Shown here: positions 39,714 to 51,200 of the stretch, one piece after another
How positions within the stretch are numbered: the first letter of the stretch is position 1
Layout: each line of letters opens with the position of its first letter
Assembly (NCBI GenBank): GCA_051362555.1
Contig: CM120649.1
Location: forward strand, 16,072,567 to 16,136,566
Reading direction: 5' to 3'
Length of the DNA stretch: 64,000 nt
Source: Lingula anatina
Lineage: Eukaryota; Animalia; Brachiopoda
Made by a program: the position numbers and the translations under genes
Notes under the pieces: generated by a model
Told to the model about the DNA's origin: nothing
What the model saw: only the letters and a program-made list of their open reading frames with translations
Databases searched by the model: none

Positions 39714-42700
39714 CCTGTGGTGGCTCCCCCGCCATGACTTTGACCTGCTGGTCAGCAGAGGCTGGAGAGTGACCGTCCTTGGTGACCTGTGCCCTGAACA
39801 CATAGCTCTGTCCTGCTGGCAGTATCCCTGGGGGCAGTTCCAGCACAGATGAATTCCCACCAATACTGTAGCCTTGGCCAGTGCAGCCTGTGTGGACACA
39901 ATTACAATTTTTGCTTTAATTAATTCTTTTCTGAAAAACTTTATTTATTCCCTTTTCTAAGCACAAAATCAAGGCACTACAGATAAGTAGTCAGTAAAAT
40001 GCTGTAAAAATACTATATTCCAGGAGCTTAGCCAGGCAATCATACATACAGCTCTCTTTTGGACACCCTATTTCAGTTATGAACACCATTTTTTTTTTCT
40101 TCTAGATTTCTATTATTGGAGGACATGGAGTCTCTGTTTAGAAAATAAATTTAAAGTCAGTTACTAGGAGGTCAAAAATCCTGCTATACCCCATGAATAC
40201 CATCATAAGGAATATCTAATATGGTACCATAAAATTCCCAGACCCTATTGTGCTAACTGTGGATCGATCTATCTCGGAGGGAATTCTTGCTCAATTGCTA
40301 TCAGCTTAAGTGGCTTAGATGTCTCGCACTGAAGCTGTTAGGGGGTAATTAACTATCATATAGCCACTTCAGTAGGCGTGTCAGACATCTAAGCCGGGTG
40401 TTTAAACTAAAAGCAAATTAGCAAGAAAATCCTTGGAGATGGATCGATACTGTTAGATCGATCTAGGCATGGGAACCCAGTCTTTCAGTGCGGTACCTCC
40501 AGAACTCCCAGCCTCAGCAGTGAGGTTCTTAGGGAAATCTTGGCTCTCTAACGTACAAAACCACTGGAACTTGAGCTGTGTGTCTACCCCTTTGACATCA
40601 GGGTCACCAGACAGGGAGGCGTTGATCCTGATCACCTGTTCTGAACCTTCAGAGACACAACAAGTTCAAACAAAGATTTATTATGCTGTATTTGCCAGAG
40701 TTTGTGGGAATGTTTCACAAAAAGTGTAAATTATTAGTGTCAGTTTTTTTGACAGTTGAATAGACTTTAATGCATATGCCACTGTAATAATATGCTCCAT
40801 TTTTTATATGTCAACATATTCTGCCATTAAGGCCATGAGAAAGAGATCAAACCAAAACACAAAATTAAAGATTCTGCATGGTGATAATTCAGAATAAGCA
40901 CACCCTGTATTCACAAGGCAAAAACCTGCAAATTTAAAACATTTCACTGACAATTACACCAAGTCTTTCAATCCTCTTTAAACTGTTAGCTTTTTTATAC
41001 CAACCTACACATAAATTAATAAAAGCTTCTTTATTTTTTTCAACACTACTCCATATATCTCACCTACAGTGACCATGCTGCCCCCTGTGATGACAGCATT
41101 AAGAATTGCAGATGGCACCACTGTGAACCATGTCTGGTTTGTGCTGATCACAATGTCTGTGCTGGTGTGCAATGTGACCTGAATACAGAAAAGATAAATT
41201 CCATGTCTGTAAATTACAGCCGCACAGAGGTGACCACCTGGCCAGTTTTCAAATGTCCACGACCTGCGTGTTGTATTTGGACTTGAGCCTTAATTGTTTG
41301 GCAGAAGTTAACTGTGCCAATCATATGTTGGAAAGGTATATTCAACTATCTTTATTACATGCCCTTCTACAAAACCATGGTATCTATATGATCTTTTGTA
41401 TTGGATGCCGTTTACTTTTGTCAAACTTGTGTACCAAAGGAAGTCAGAGCACATGCAGGCATTTCAAAAAGTAATTGAGGGAAAAGGATTATTAAGATAT
41501 GGCAGCCCAGGGTGTGGACTTATCAGAGAATTCACATTTTTTAAAAATATCAGGACATAACCATCTAATGATCAAAAAAAAAAAAAAAAAATCTATGTAG
41601 ATGTATTTTTAAATCCTGGGAAAACATAAAATACAGATGGCATAAAATCCATTGAAAAGGTAAAATGTACACTAAATACGTACAAACACAGATCCAGAGA
41701 TATTTTCTGGCAGTCTTCCCAATTATCTTTATTGATCTATTCTCTAGTATTTTTGACCATCTTCCAACAGAAAAAATTAGAAACCCGTCAATGTAAACTT
41801 TAAAATCTGATTGTCTTGCAGAAGACCCAGAAGACGGCCTAAATCCGCCCCTGAAATATATCAGGGCATATTCCCTCACTCACCTGTAGCTCCGCCACAT
41901 ACATTCCAGCAGGTAAGGTATACCTAGGGAGGTCTAGATGAGGCTTAGATGTAGCAACAGAATCTGGCAGCCGCAGCATATTAGACTGGTCAATGATGTC
42001 CTGGGCACGGCCCACTGTATAAACTGACCAATGGAAACTGGACCTCTTCACATCACTGCAGGTTATATTGATATTGCCTGTCAGTGAGATCCTGTCCTTC
42101 TTGTGGTACGGCATGGTGGCATTTATACCCAGTCCTCCGCCTCGGATGATGACTGGCGGTGGCAGACAGAGTGTGTGTTGTATTACAACCCGCGTCTCCA
42201 CCACTAATTGTGAGTACTCGCCAGAAGCATTGCGTTTCGCTTGAACATCATACGTGCCAGCTTCAGAAAAAGTATGCGTGAACGCTGATATCAAAGCATC
42301 TGCTGGATCAAACGGTAAGTGCACCCAAGTAGAAATGAGTTGGTGGAGTGACTGATTGGCAGTGGGCACTGGTATGTCCACCCAAGTTTGACCGCCACTG
42401 CCCATGTCTGAGATGTAGCTGCCGCCAGATGCCGCCTCTGCAAACAGCAGAAATGTCACTTCCTCTCCTGTCCTCACTGGACTTGTGTTGATCAAATATA
42501 AGTGCTCATCAGGGGGAGGGGTCAAACCCAGGGAAATATTATGGTAGGGCATCCGGTCTTTTAGGTCACCTAGATCAAATGCACTGCCAGGGTATGAACT
42601 ATTACTGCTGAGAATGTTATTGATGCCAGGGTATGAACTAGTACTGCTGAGAATGTTATTGATGCCAGGGTATGAACTAGTACTGCTGAGAATGTTATGG

Positions 42701-43388
42701 TCCAGCTCACAGGCACCTGTTGATGGGTTCAGCATCTGACCACTGCCACAGACAGCTGAAACAGATGGAAAAATAAAAGGCATTGAAGATCAATGAATAT
42801 CACACAGCCACTATGACTATTATAGGTTATAACTGGCACAACCAGCAAATCACAGTTTCAAAAGTATTCTTGTTTTTTGATAGGAGTCATAGTAATTCAT
42901 GGACCACAATAGACTGCACTTAAATTGTGGCAGTTTATTTTTTTTTTTCATTCTAAAGACAATAAATTATAATTCTTTTTCTGTTGGGGTGGGGTGGTAG
43001 AAGTTGTATTCAACACCAGTAATCAACATACACTTTTTACATAGCCTGTATTGGAAACTTAGAAGACTTAGAAAACTTAGAAGTACCACTTACAAATCTG
43101 ACATAGGCTCTTCTGGCTGTTATGGCATCTCTTGTCTTCCCACTTCCAGTTGGATCCTTTCAGCAACATACACCCGCCACTGAGCTCACTAATCTCGCCC
43201 TCGTTGTTTAACCAGTTGGAGAAGGCCGTGTTGAAGTCCACAGGGTCAAGATGGTCCTCCCACCACCAGTGACCACTGAACAGGTGTAAACCTGACCAGT
43301 ACTGGCCACTGGCACCATTACTGAGAACATAAGACAGTGGCATTATCCATAAAGGATTAAAAAAATAATAATAATAAATAGAAAAAAA

Positions 43389-43464
<76 letters not shown>

Positions 43465-46233
43465 AACACTCACCCAATTAAGATCAATACGTATGTAACA
43501 GTGAACCATATAGGATCAATATGTACACAAGAGAGCATTCAGAACAGATGATCTCTGGACCAACTTATCCACCTACTAAATATGACCCACCCCACTAAAA
43601 ACAGATGCCGCTAATTCTCTAATGGTCTCCCCACCTCTACACATGCCTTTAAACATATTATATATATCGACTCTGAGGTTTAAGGCACCGTTCACATGAA
43701 AAATCCAAATTCCAAAAATCCATTGGCAGTATCTAGTGATCACGGTCTGTGCCCTGGGGCCGGTTTCACAAAGCAGTAGTTAGTTAGCGATCGGTAGTTA
43801 GCCTCTCGCTAGTTATAGTGCCGTTTCACAAAGCAGTCGCTAGTTCTCTCGCTTATTGTCTCGTTGTTGCCTTGGATATTTAACGACTGGTCAGACCAGT
43901 CGCTAACTCTAGAGTTTCATCGTACGCATGCGTAATGAGTGAAATAAAAAGGTTGCTTAGTTACCGTTGTCTGTCGTTTGTCTTTGTATCCAATATGGCG
44001 GCTACTTTTCTTGCTATCCGTACCGCCAGACGGCAACGTAGACTACGACGTTTTCATGAAAGACAGAATATATTAGAATATACACACGATGATGCAATTT
44101 ACGAGAGGTTGCGCCTAGCTGTGACAAAAAGAGCGGCAAAAAGGTGGTGGAGATCCTTTACGACGACCTCAAAGCAGACGTTCTTATGCATTTTCAGCCA
44201 CCAAAAATTGGAGAGTTAGTGCTTTCGTGACACTTTTACGCAAGAGTTCCACTTCCGGCAGACGGTCTCGAGAGTATAGTGAGTAACGAGAGAAGTAACG
44301 ACCGAACTTTACGACTGAACTTAGCGATAAGTTAACTACTGCTTCGTGAAACACCCCTCGAAAATCGCTAAGTGTGCTCGTTAGCGAGGTAGTTCAGTAG
44401 TTAGTTGTTCTAACTAACTACTGCTTTGTGAAACCGGCCCCTGAATACCCTGCGGCATAATTAACTACCAGAGTGAGAATTAAGTACAGCTTTGGAAGTA
44501 CCGGGTAACTTGCTCGCACTACTAGTTAATTACACCGCGGGGTATTCAGGGCACAGACCGTGATCACTAGATACCGCCAATGGGTTTTTGGATTTTTGGA
44601 ATTTGGATTTTTCATGTGAACGGTGCCTAAGTGCTAAGCCCCTGAAGCCACAGCACAGGTAGTAATGTAGACATCTTAATTGTCTGGCATGCCCCATCGC
44701 AGAGCAACATGAACAACATCATGGACGACACAGTTTTCCCGAGGGTGTGCACCAGACATTTACCGCTTAAACCTAATGCAATTTAGCGAGGAGTTGGATC
44801 GATCCAGCTAGTACAATAGGGTTATGGGAACGGTCCCTTCTTTTGGTTTCAATAAGATCTGCTGTGAACACAGCCTGAACATAACTCACAGCACGTTCTC
44901 CACCAGGAAGTCCTGTTCGGCTCTACTGTGGATTGATGCCAGGTGTGCACCGAGTTGCATGCAATGGTCTGATGCCTGTGACCAGGTGTAGTAGGTCTCC
45001 ACTCGCTTGTAGCACTGACCATTAAAGTACATCCAGCCAAGATCACAACTTACTGGACATGAAAAACAAATGCAATATATATATATAGTCTGAATAAAGA
45101 ATTAAGCTAGTAATTAAAATAAGATAACACATCCCTAATTAAGATAAGAAAAATATAGTATGGAGACTTCAACACTGAGAGCATAATCATTAATATAATA
45201 AATGATTTTCTTATATGTAGAGTATATTAATTTTATACATAATTACCAGTTGTAACATTGAACTCTCCTCTGCAACCGTTAGACACCCACATACTTCCTG
45301 TGTGTATGTTATAGTCTATGCCAAATGTGCTGCTCTCCACACACTCACTATTGGATAACTGCCTGTGCAGTGACACAGACAGTATTGTACCTTGGTCAAC
45401 AACTGAACAAGTTTGGTATTGCAAGTTTTCACTGGCACAATTTGTCCGCACTTGAACAAGAAGAGAAAAGTCTGTAAGAATTTAAAGAGCAAAGGGGAAA
45501 TGGTATATCTATACCACAGCCCTTTTTTGGAAAAATAACATTTTGCAGTTGTAGGAAAAATGTGATGTCCTTAATTAATTGTTGCATTACTTAAGAGAGA
45601 TCAGTTTACACAACCATGTTTATCTACATAAAAACCCTTTAAGTTACCAATTCGAAATATTTAATGAATGACACATACTAGACTGAAAATTAATATATTA
45701 TACGAGTTATGTAATAAACACAAGAAATAAAGTCTTATACATGTTCTTGCGGCATAGAGTGCCATTGGCATGCCTAGAAATCTATTTTAAAATTATGGAA
45801 ATTTGGGTATATTTTGCAGCATCCCCAAACCACATCCTTTAACTCTTTCATTTTTAATTGTTGGTCAAAATTAATGTGGTAACTGATCAACATCTCTGCT
45901 CATCAAACAAACATGTTTTTTTAAATGGCATTACAGCATATTTTGATTGGTTCTCATAATACTTGAATGGGCAAGCTGCACGAAAACAATTGAAAAACGA
46001 GTCGAAGAGTTGCCAAACTCATTAATTCGTAGCTTGTAGATACTGCTCAAATATTTTAAAGATATTGGGAATCAAAAACTTACAGGGTGGATGAAATAGT
46101 GCAATTTGCAAAAGTCCCAAATTTTATCATAATTTGCTAGTATCTTACCTGCGTTTCCCTTGGCGACAGCAAACGGGCGCAGAACACTACAGATGACCGC
46201 CAGGACAAGAAGAGCGTGTATTTGTATTTTCAT
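23589..46233 (-). CDS. Polycystin-1 family (PKD1-like/REJ) receptor-channel subunit, ~2586 aa: signal peptide, DUF3011/ADEL-like lectin, C-type lectin, PKD/Ig-like, REJ, GAIN/GPS, TM1, PLAT, TM2-5, TOP and TRP-like channel domain
   Basis: 26 exons (minus strand): 46149-46233, 45247-45471, 44890-45052, 43094-43320, 41884-42755, 41064-41178, 40497-40646, 39715-39887, 39172-39433, 38422-38765, 37906-38100, 37338-37558, 33835-33955, 31863-32013, 31331-31446, 30717-31117, 30315-30537, 29674-29904, 29256-29376, 28726-28891, 28209-28382, 27772-27980, 26321-27514, 25745-26010, 25211-25355, 23589-24799. Total 7761 nt, in frame. Motifs: NSPPTAGQCTVSPSQG (REJ), CLYWD...W...GC...CQCSHLTAF (GPS), FTGSRRGSGTTANI and WHDNSG (PLAT), DGHLWFSIF..P..SHFTCVQRLSCC, LPWWFIYIGW, WLNEGTRMVVLEFTAYNANVNQF. 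Exact vertebrate orthology is not assignable. Confidence 0.93.
30445..30477 (-). repeat. Coding trinucleotide (CTC)n giving a poly-Ser run in the GAIN region
   Basis: (GAG)n on the + strand, inside exon 30315-30537. Confidence 0.85.
32100..33620. mobile_element. Foldback/MITE with ~570-bp terminal inverted repeats (Kolobok-like ends), in PKD1-like intron 13
   Basis: Arm 32100-32676 (TAAAGGGAACCGGAGAAGATCAGCATTGG...) is the reverse complement of 33052-33620 (...CCAATGCTGATCTTCTCCGGTTTCCTTTA). Spacer ~375 bp. No transposase. Confidence 0.85.
34121..37305 (-). mobile_element. Non-autonomous Helentron-type element (HINE/DINE-1-like) carrying a 146-bp tandem array, in PKD1-like intron 12
   Basis: Subterminal inverted repeat TATTGTACCACCAGC (34157-34171) / GCTGGTGGTACAATA (37291-37305). 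Hairpin GTACCGCCAGCG-ctaa-CGCTGGTGGTAC at one end. Hairpin AGAGGCG-atac-CGCCTCT and CTAGTTT at the other end. (CGGA)-like microsatellite at ~37230-37260. Internal satellite. Confidence 0.75.
34326..36330. repeat. 146-bp tandem satellite, ~14 copies
   Basis: AGTAGGTCAAAGGTCA recurs at 34471, 34617, (34763), 34905, 35051, 35197, 35343, 35489, 35635, 35781, 35927, 36073 and 36219. Confidence 0.95.
40222..40480. mobile_element. Dispersed MITE-like repeat family with GATCGATCTA motifs (other copies ~54120-54335, partial ~44750-44838)
   Basis: Shared GATCGATCTATC...GGCTTA.ATGTC...AAGCTGT.AGGGGGTAATTAACT.TC...TAGATCGATCTA blocks and internal inverted symmetry. Confidence 0.6.
41690..41853. mobile_element. 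5'-truncated copy of the 4039-4211 MITE
   Basis: Shares CAGAGATATTT...CAGTCTTCC.AATTATCTTT...ACCCGTCAATGTAAACTT...GAAGACCCAGAAGACG.CCTAAATCCGCCCCTG. Confidence 0.75.
42586..42699 (-). repeat. Coding 39-bp x3 repeat (NILSSTSSYPGIN) in the PKD1-like ectodomain
   Basis: GCCAGGGTATGAACTAGTACTGCTGAGAATGTTATTGAT occurs three times, in frame. Confidence 0.9.
43392..43461. repeat. (AT)n microsatellite
   Basis: Seen directly. Confidence 0.95.
43684..44627. mobile_element. PIF/Harbinger-type palindromic MITE (outer element) with TAA TSD
   Basis: TAA|GGCACCGTTCACATGAAAAATCCAAATTCC ... GGAATTTGGATTTTTCATGTGAACGGTGCC|TAA. Interrupted by the inner element. Confidence 0.85.
43757..44440 (+). mobile_element. 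Internally deleted Harbinger element nested in the MITE, CTG TSD
   Basis: CTG|GGGCCGGTTTCACAAAGCAGTAGTTAGTTAG ... CTAACTAACTACTGCTTTGTGAAACCGGCCC|CTG. Retains a HARBI1-like N-terminus MAATFLAIRTARRQRRLRRFHERQNILEYTHDDAIYERLRL from ~43995. Confidence 0.85.
45247..45471 (-). other. Exon encoding a DUF3011/ADEL-like lectin domain of the PKD1-like gene
   Basis: CASENLQYQTC...RQLSNSECVESSTFG...SMWVSNGCRGEFNV matches the C-x-S...C...QLS..C....G....WV..GCR..F pattern. The exon is symmetric (phase 1-1). Confidence 0.7.
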
Positions 46234-48252
46234 TACGAAGAGAATAGTAAATTGTCTACGCTCTTATGACAAAGCTCGCACCAATATAAGAGTTGCTTTT
46301 ATACTATCCACCATGATACTTCGTGGTAAAAGAAAAATAAGAGAAACCAAGCGACGAAGTAACAATTATTTCAGCAAGCAACTCTTGAACTGTATAAAGC
46401 CATCTTGTCGTCTTCAGGTGTAACTCCAATGTAAATTCAAACTCTGAAGTAAAGTGATATCCTCGGATGAAATGGGCCGAATTTCTATAAAACGCTCCAT
46501 ATTGCGGAAGACAATACGACATAACGTAACGAGGCACGCGCAACTTGTTCATCCCGCAAAATAAACGTCCAAACTGAAGGTGGCGCTTTTTTCAAGACAA
46601 GTCAAACTGTCGATCCTTTTTGTCTGTACTATAAACTTTAATAATTTTAATTATAAATATTTTAACAATCCTAATAATTAAAAAAAAAAAAACGAATTAT
46701 AAAAGAAAAGAAAAATCACGAACGCCCCATTTGTCACAATATGTGCATTTAATTCAGTTTCTGAAAAAAAAAAGACACTAATATTCCCCTCATGAAATTA
46801 GAATTTAGCTGATTTTTAGTTCTTAACTGTTTAAAATGGCACCGTTTGACCTTCAAAACTCCAAAATAATTTGGGGACCTTCAGCATGACCCGAACCCCA
46901 TGCCAAGGGGGAGGGTCGGCTTCACATCCGCAGATCCCCCCTTCAAATAATCCCTGATCCACCCGCATTCCAAAATAAAAAATAAACTTATAAACATATT
47001 CTGCATGAAAATGACATTTATAAAAATCTAAGTTTTTAAAGGACTTTTTAAAAATATTTCTCACAATTCAATATTTATATTCATGTTTTCAACATAAATT
47101 GAAAATAAGACAATTCTTTAAAATTCACATTGATATTTAATTTTTTTCCATCTCATTAATCACAGTTAAGACATCAACATATAAGACATGTTGACAGAAA
47201 AATTACACATGATAGAGGAAAAGACAAGGGAGCATATTACCTTACATAGTGCCCTAAGTCATTGCCAATTATGGGACAGATTTCTGCACAATTTCCTAAA
47301 TACAGCAACCCACAAAATAAATTTATTTTGATATTTTCATGAAAAAAAAAAGTAATATTTTCCACTGGCATGCGATTGTTCATTAATTGTTTGTTATAAG
47401 AAAACATTTTAACTACTTTAAATCCCTAGTGCTCTCATTTGACAGAGACAGACATCTTTCCAATCCAGAACAAAATTTCTTTTAATATAAAAATTAATCC
47501 ATGATCATATAAAGAAAAAATAGCTATTTGAAGTCACAACTCTGAAAACTGACTGAAATATTGCGTAAAATATATTGCAATATAGGAACTGGAAGGGTTC
47601 CAAAGTCCAAAGGATTATATGCCCTAATTCCATTGCTCCCAAGGTTCATTGCTCTGATGAAAAAGAAAAAGGTTTTGCAAGGGAAAAGAAAGGAATTAGT
47701 TGTAAGTTTTATGGGCATGAAATATGAATGTTCAGTTGTCTATAAATTTAAATGGAACAGTTGTTCAAAGTCTGAATGTTTTTTGGATATAAGGATATAG
47801 CATGTGGAAACTGGTCCCATTTTAAAACAGCATTTGCCACTGAAATGCAGAAAATTGGCCTACTGAACAAACATCAAGTTAAGGACCAACAAACACTACA
47901 ACTAAAAGGACCCTTGGAATACAAAATGCCCCTTAGAAATTTTACAAATAGAAAGGCTCTTCTGATAGTCACAATTTAAAATATTTCCAACAGTAGTCAC
48001 AAAACATTTTTTATATTTTCTAAAGTGCATGTGGAACAAAAACAAAAAAACTTTTAAAAGTTATTCTTTGAAATAAGGTGCACATACACTTGGTTTAACA
48101 TGAATATCAACTTAATTTTGAAACAGCAAATCTATCTGCCCCTTAGCTATGACCAACTGATATTTGACCCAAAAACACAAGTTCATTCTACATGTTTTGG
48201 ACATTGACAAAAATGACTCATTATAACAAAAGAGAGATTGAAAACTAAATGT

Positions 48253-51200
48253 TCACTCAGAACTTGGTGGCTGCCATCGAAAACTTCGGCTCCCTGATTC
48301 AAGCCTCAATGTCCTTTGAGTAATTATGTCATTTTCCATGGCTGTCATAGTGTCTTCTGCATACATCACAGCGCCCTCTACTGTGCTGTTGGCAGCCATC
48401 TTTAAACTGTTGTTCTGAGCAGCACCATTGCTTATATTATAGTCACTCTGCATTTGCAGATGAGTATCACAGTTTTGAGGAATTTGGAAATTTTGAAATG
48501 CCCTTTTTGTCTGTGATTCACTGTCCTCACTCACTTGAGCACTAAAATTGCTGTTCGGTGGGATATTATTGTCAACTGCAACCATCCCAACATTGCCATT
48601 TTGTTTAATTTTTGTGTCATCTGCATTCACAACTGTTTGTCCACTAAGTGATTTTCTATTTCCCACACCAGATGTCTCCACAAGCTGACTTGCTTCTTTT
48701 TCACAAGAGGCTCCAGAGTGGCTAGTGATCTCACAAGGCTCATCATTCGACAGTCGTTTCTGCCACTGTTTGAATTCAGACTCGTATTCTGAATGCGGAT
48801 TCTCGTCATTTGATGACCCAGCATCTATGTCTTCTAACTTCCCAGTGGCTAATGTTGTAGGAAGAATGCCAGAACCCCTCAACTCCAAATGTGATACATC
48901 CTTTAAATCAGATTCAGGGTCTGACCTAGAAACTGAATCATCTCTACTCACTTCTTGACTTGAGCTTTCATCTAATATTCTTTTGCTTTTAGCTGCCTGA
49001 CTGCCTGAAACTCGCAAATTATCTTGACCCGGAATCACTGCCCTATTTACTCCCAGCCTATCTGGGGAGAGCGAATGTGACCTTTGACCTTTGAGGTCAC
49101 TAAAAACGACACTATGCTGTCGGGAAACAGACTGTTGCATGTCTTTTCTGGGAACTTCCCTGCCACTGTGTTTTCCTTTTTCCTCAGCCAAAATATCTTC
49201 AAATTCCTGGGTGTAAGCAAAGTTTACGCTGGAGTCCCTGGTAGATCCCATGGAAGAAAAACTCTGCACTGAGCCCTGACGACTGACAAGACGAGAGTCC
49301 ATAGGAATCCTGAGCTTCTGAGACATATCAATAGTGCCTGGTTGGTCTCTGTAATACACAAAATATATTTTAATCAAATTCCAATAATAATAATTCTTGT
49401 ATAAATGTAATCATCTTCAATATTTATATTTATGTCTAAATGTCCAGTTACTGTGAATCCTGCCTTAACCTCCCTCTGTGTGAAAGAGAATATCTGTAGT
49501 TATATATTATTATCATATTAATGCAGATGCCTGAGGAAACCCAGTTTATCTAAATGGCTTGGCAAAATCTGCATTTTCATCCAAAATAAACTGACCGACT
49601 ATTCAATGCCACCACATTCACCAAAATGTTCACTAAGAGCCTTATATTTTGTGGAAAAATAGCTTTCACATCTGTCATGTTTTTAAAGAATAAAAAAAAA
49701 GACAAATGAATACTACAAATACTATTCTTATGCACTGACTCTATAAACCCACTGGGCTAAAATCTCTGGATACTCACAATTTCACCCCCAGCCTGAGCTC
49801 TAGCAGGCTCTGTAAGTTTGGCAATGTTAATCTGAGATCTGTTGTTCCCAACCCACAGTAGTAACGCAGCTGAAACAAAATAAATGTTTGTTTTTTTTAA
49901 TTATCTTTTATTTCTTTTTTTTTTTTTCAAATTATGCACTTATAAATTCTTAGCAGCTGGGCTGGAAGTTTGACTTTTTTTAATTAAATATTTAGTGACT
50001 GCAAAACAAAACAAAAAATTACTAAGTCTGACAAAACATTCTATATAATTTAAAGAATTTAAAGAAAAATATATATTTTACAATCTGCATGTATTTGTTC
50101 AAAGTAAAATGAAATAGTAGGGGAAATATCACCAACCTGGGCAATGTTTTTGTTTAACAAATACACAGCGTAGTTAAACTGGAATTTGTCTTTACCCTTC
50201 CCGTACAGTGGAAAGCTGAAATGAAAAAAAATATACACATTATCACTTAAATTAAATGAATTCTGGACAAATAAAAAGCAGGGAACTATCAAGCAGTTTG
50301 ACAGAAATATGGACATTAGCACCTCATTCTAAAGCTCTGACAATAATAAAAGATTCAAATTAAATAAATAAATAAATAAAATAATATTTTACAAAATGAT
50401 ATGGACTTTGACAAAAATATTTTCATGATGGGGATTTCTTTGATTCAGTATTCTCTTCATCTCTCTTATTCCAGGGCCTGTTTGTTTGCCTCAATATTTC
50501 CCATTTCAGCTATTTAACAAATACAAACACCACGATACAAAATCATTGTATAAAACTCACTCTCTCTCCTTATCAGGTAACTTAGGAGTGATATGATCTC
50601 GTATCTTGGACTTGGAGCAGCGGTGATCTATGGCATATCGAAGTGGAATGTCCAGAAACTGAGCTATCATCTGAACCATGTGGGCAGTAGCGCCCAGCGC
50701 CACAGCAATCATGGTCTCATCTTGACCTGAACAGAAAAAGTTTCATATTATTTTTCCGAGTGAAATTTGCATGCAGAATTTTTTTCAGAGTTGAGAAGTT
50801 AACAGTCACAAGAAACATACTGATTTTCAATTATAAATATGAATAAATTTAAAATTGTGTAGACTAAAGAATATCACTGCTTAAACACTGTTTAACTGTT
50901 TTAATATTTTCTTTAGACATTGCAGGTCATGTATTAAAGCTGCCGTACCTTGGAAATCCTCTGAATTTGGAAGTCTAACCTTTCCTATTGTGAAAATTCC
51001 ATTTTTTTCCTAGAAAAACAAAATAAAATCATGCAAAACGGAAACTTAAAAAATTTATTTTATGAGATTAAAATTCCTATTACAATCAACCAATGAGAGA
51101 AAATTATGTCAGAACTTTTCAATAAATAAATTCAATAAATAAAAGAAAGAAAGATCCTCGCTCAAACAATATTATGTATCACAAGCATCAGTTTTAACTT

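Larger units (their letters stand above)
43094..45052 (-). other. C-type lectin domain of the PKD1-like gene (2 exons)
   Basis: CDLGWMYFNGQCYK...TWSQASDHCMQLGAHLASIHSRAEQDFL / YWSGL...WWWED...FSNW...CMLL...WKWEDKRC...LCQ. Confidence 0.88.

Noticed and set aside
43935-44219. 94-aa ORF as a host gene
   Set aside because: Lies inside the Harbinger TIRs; it is a truncated transposase N-terminus fused to junk.
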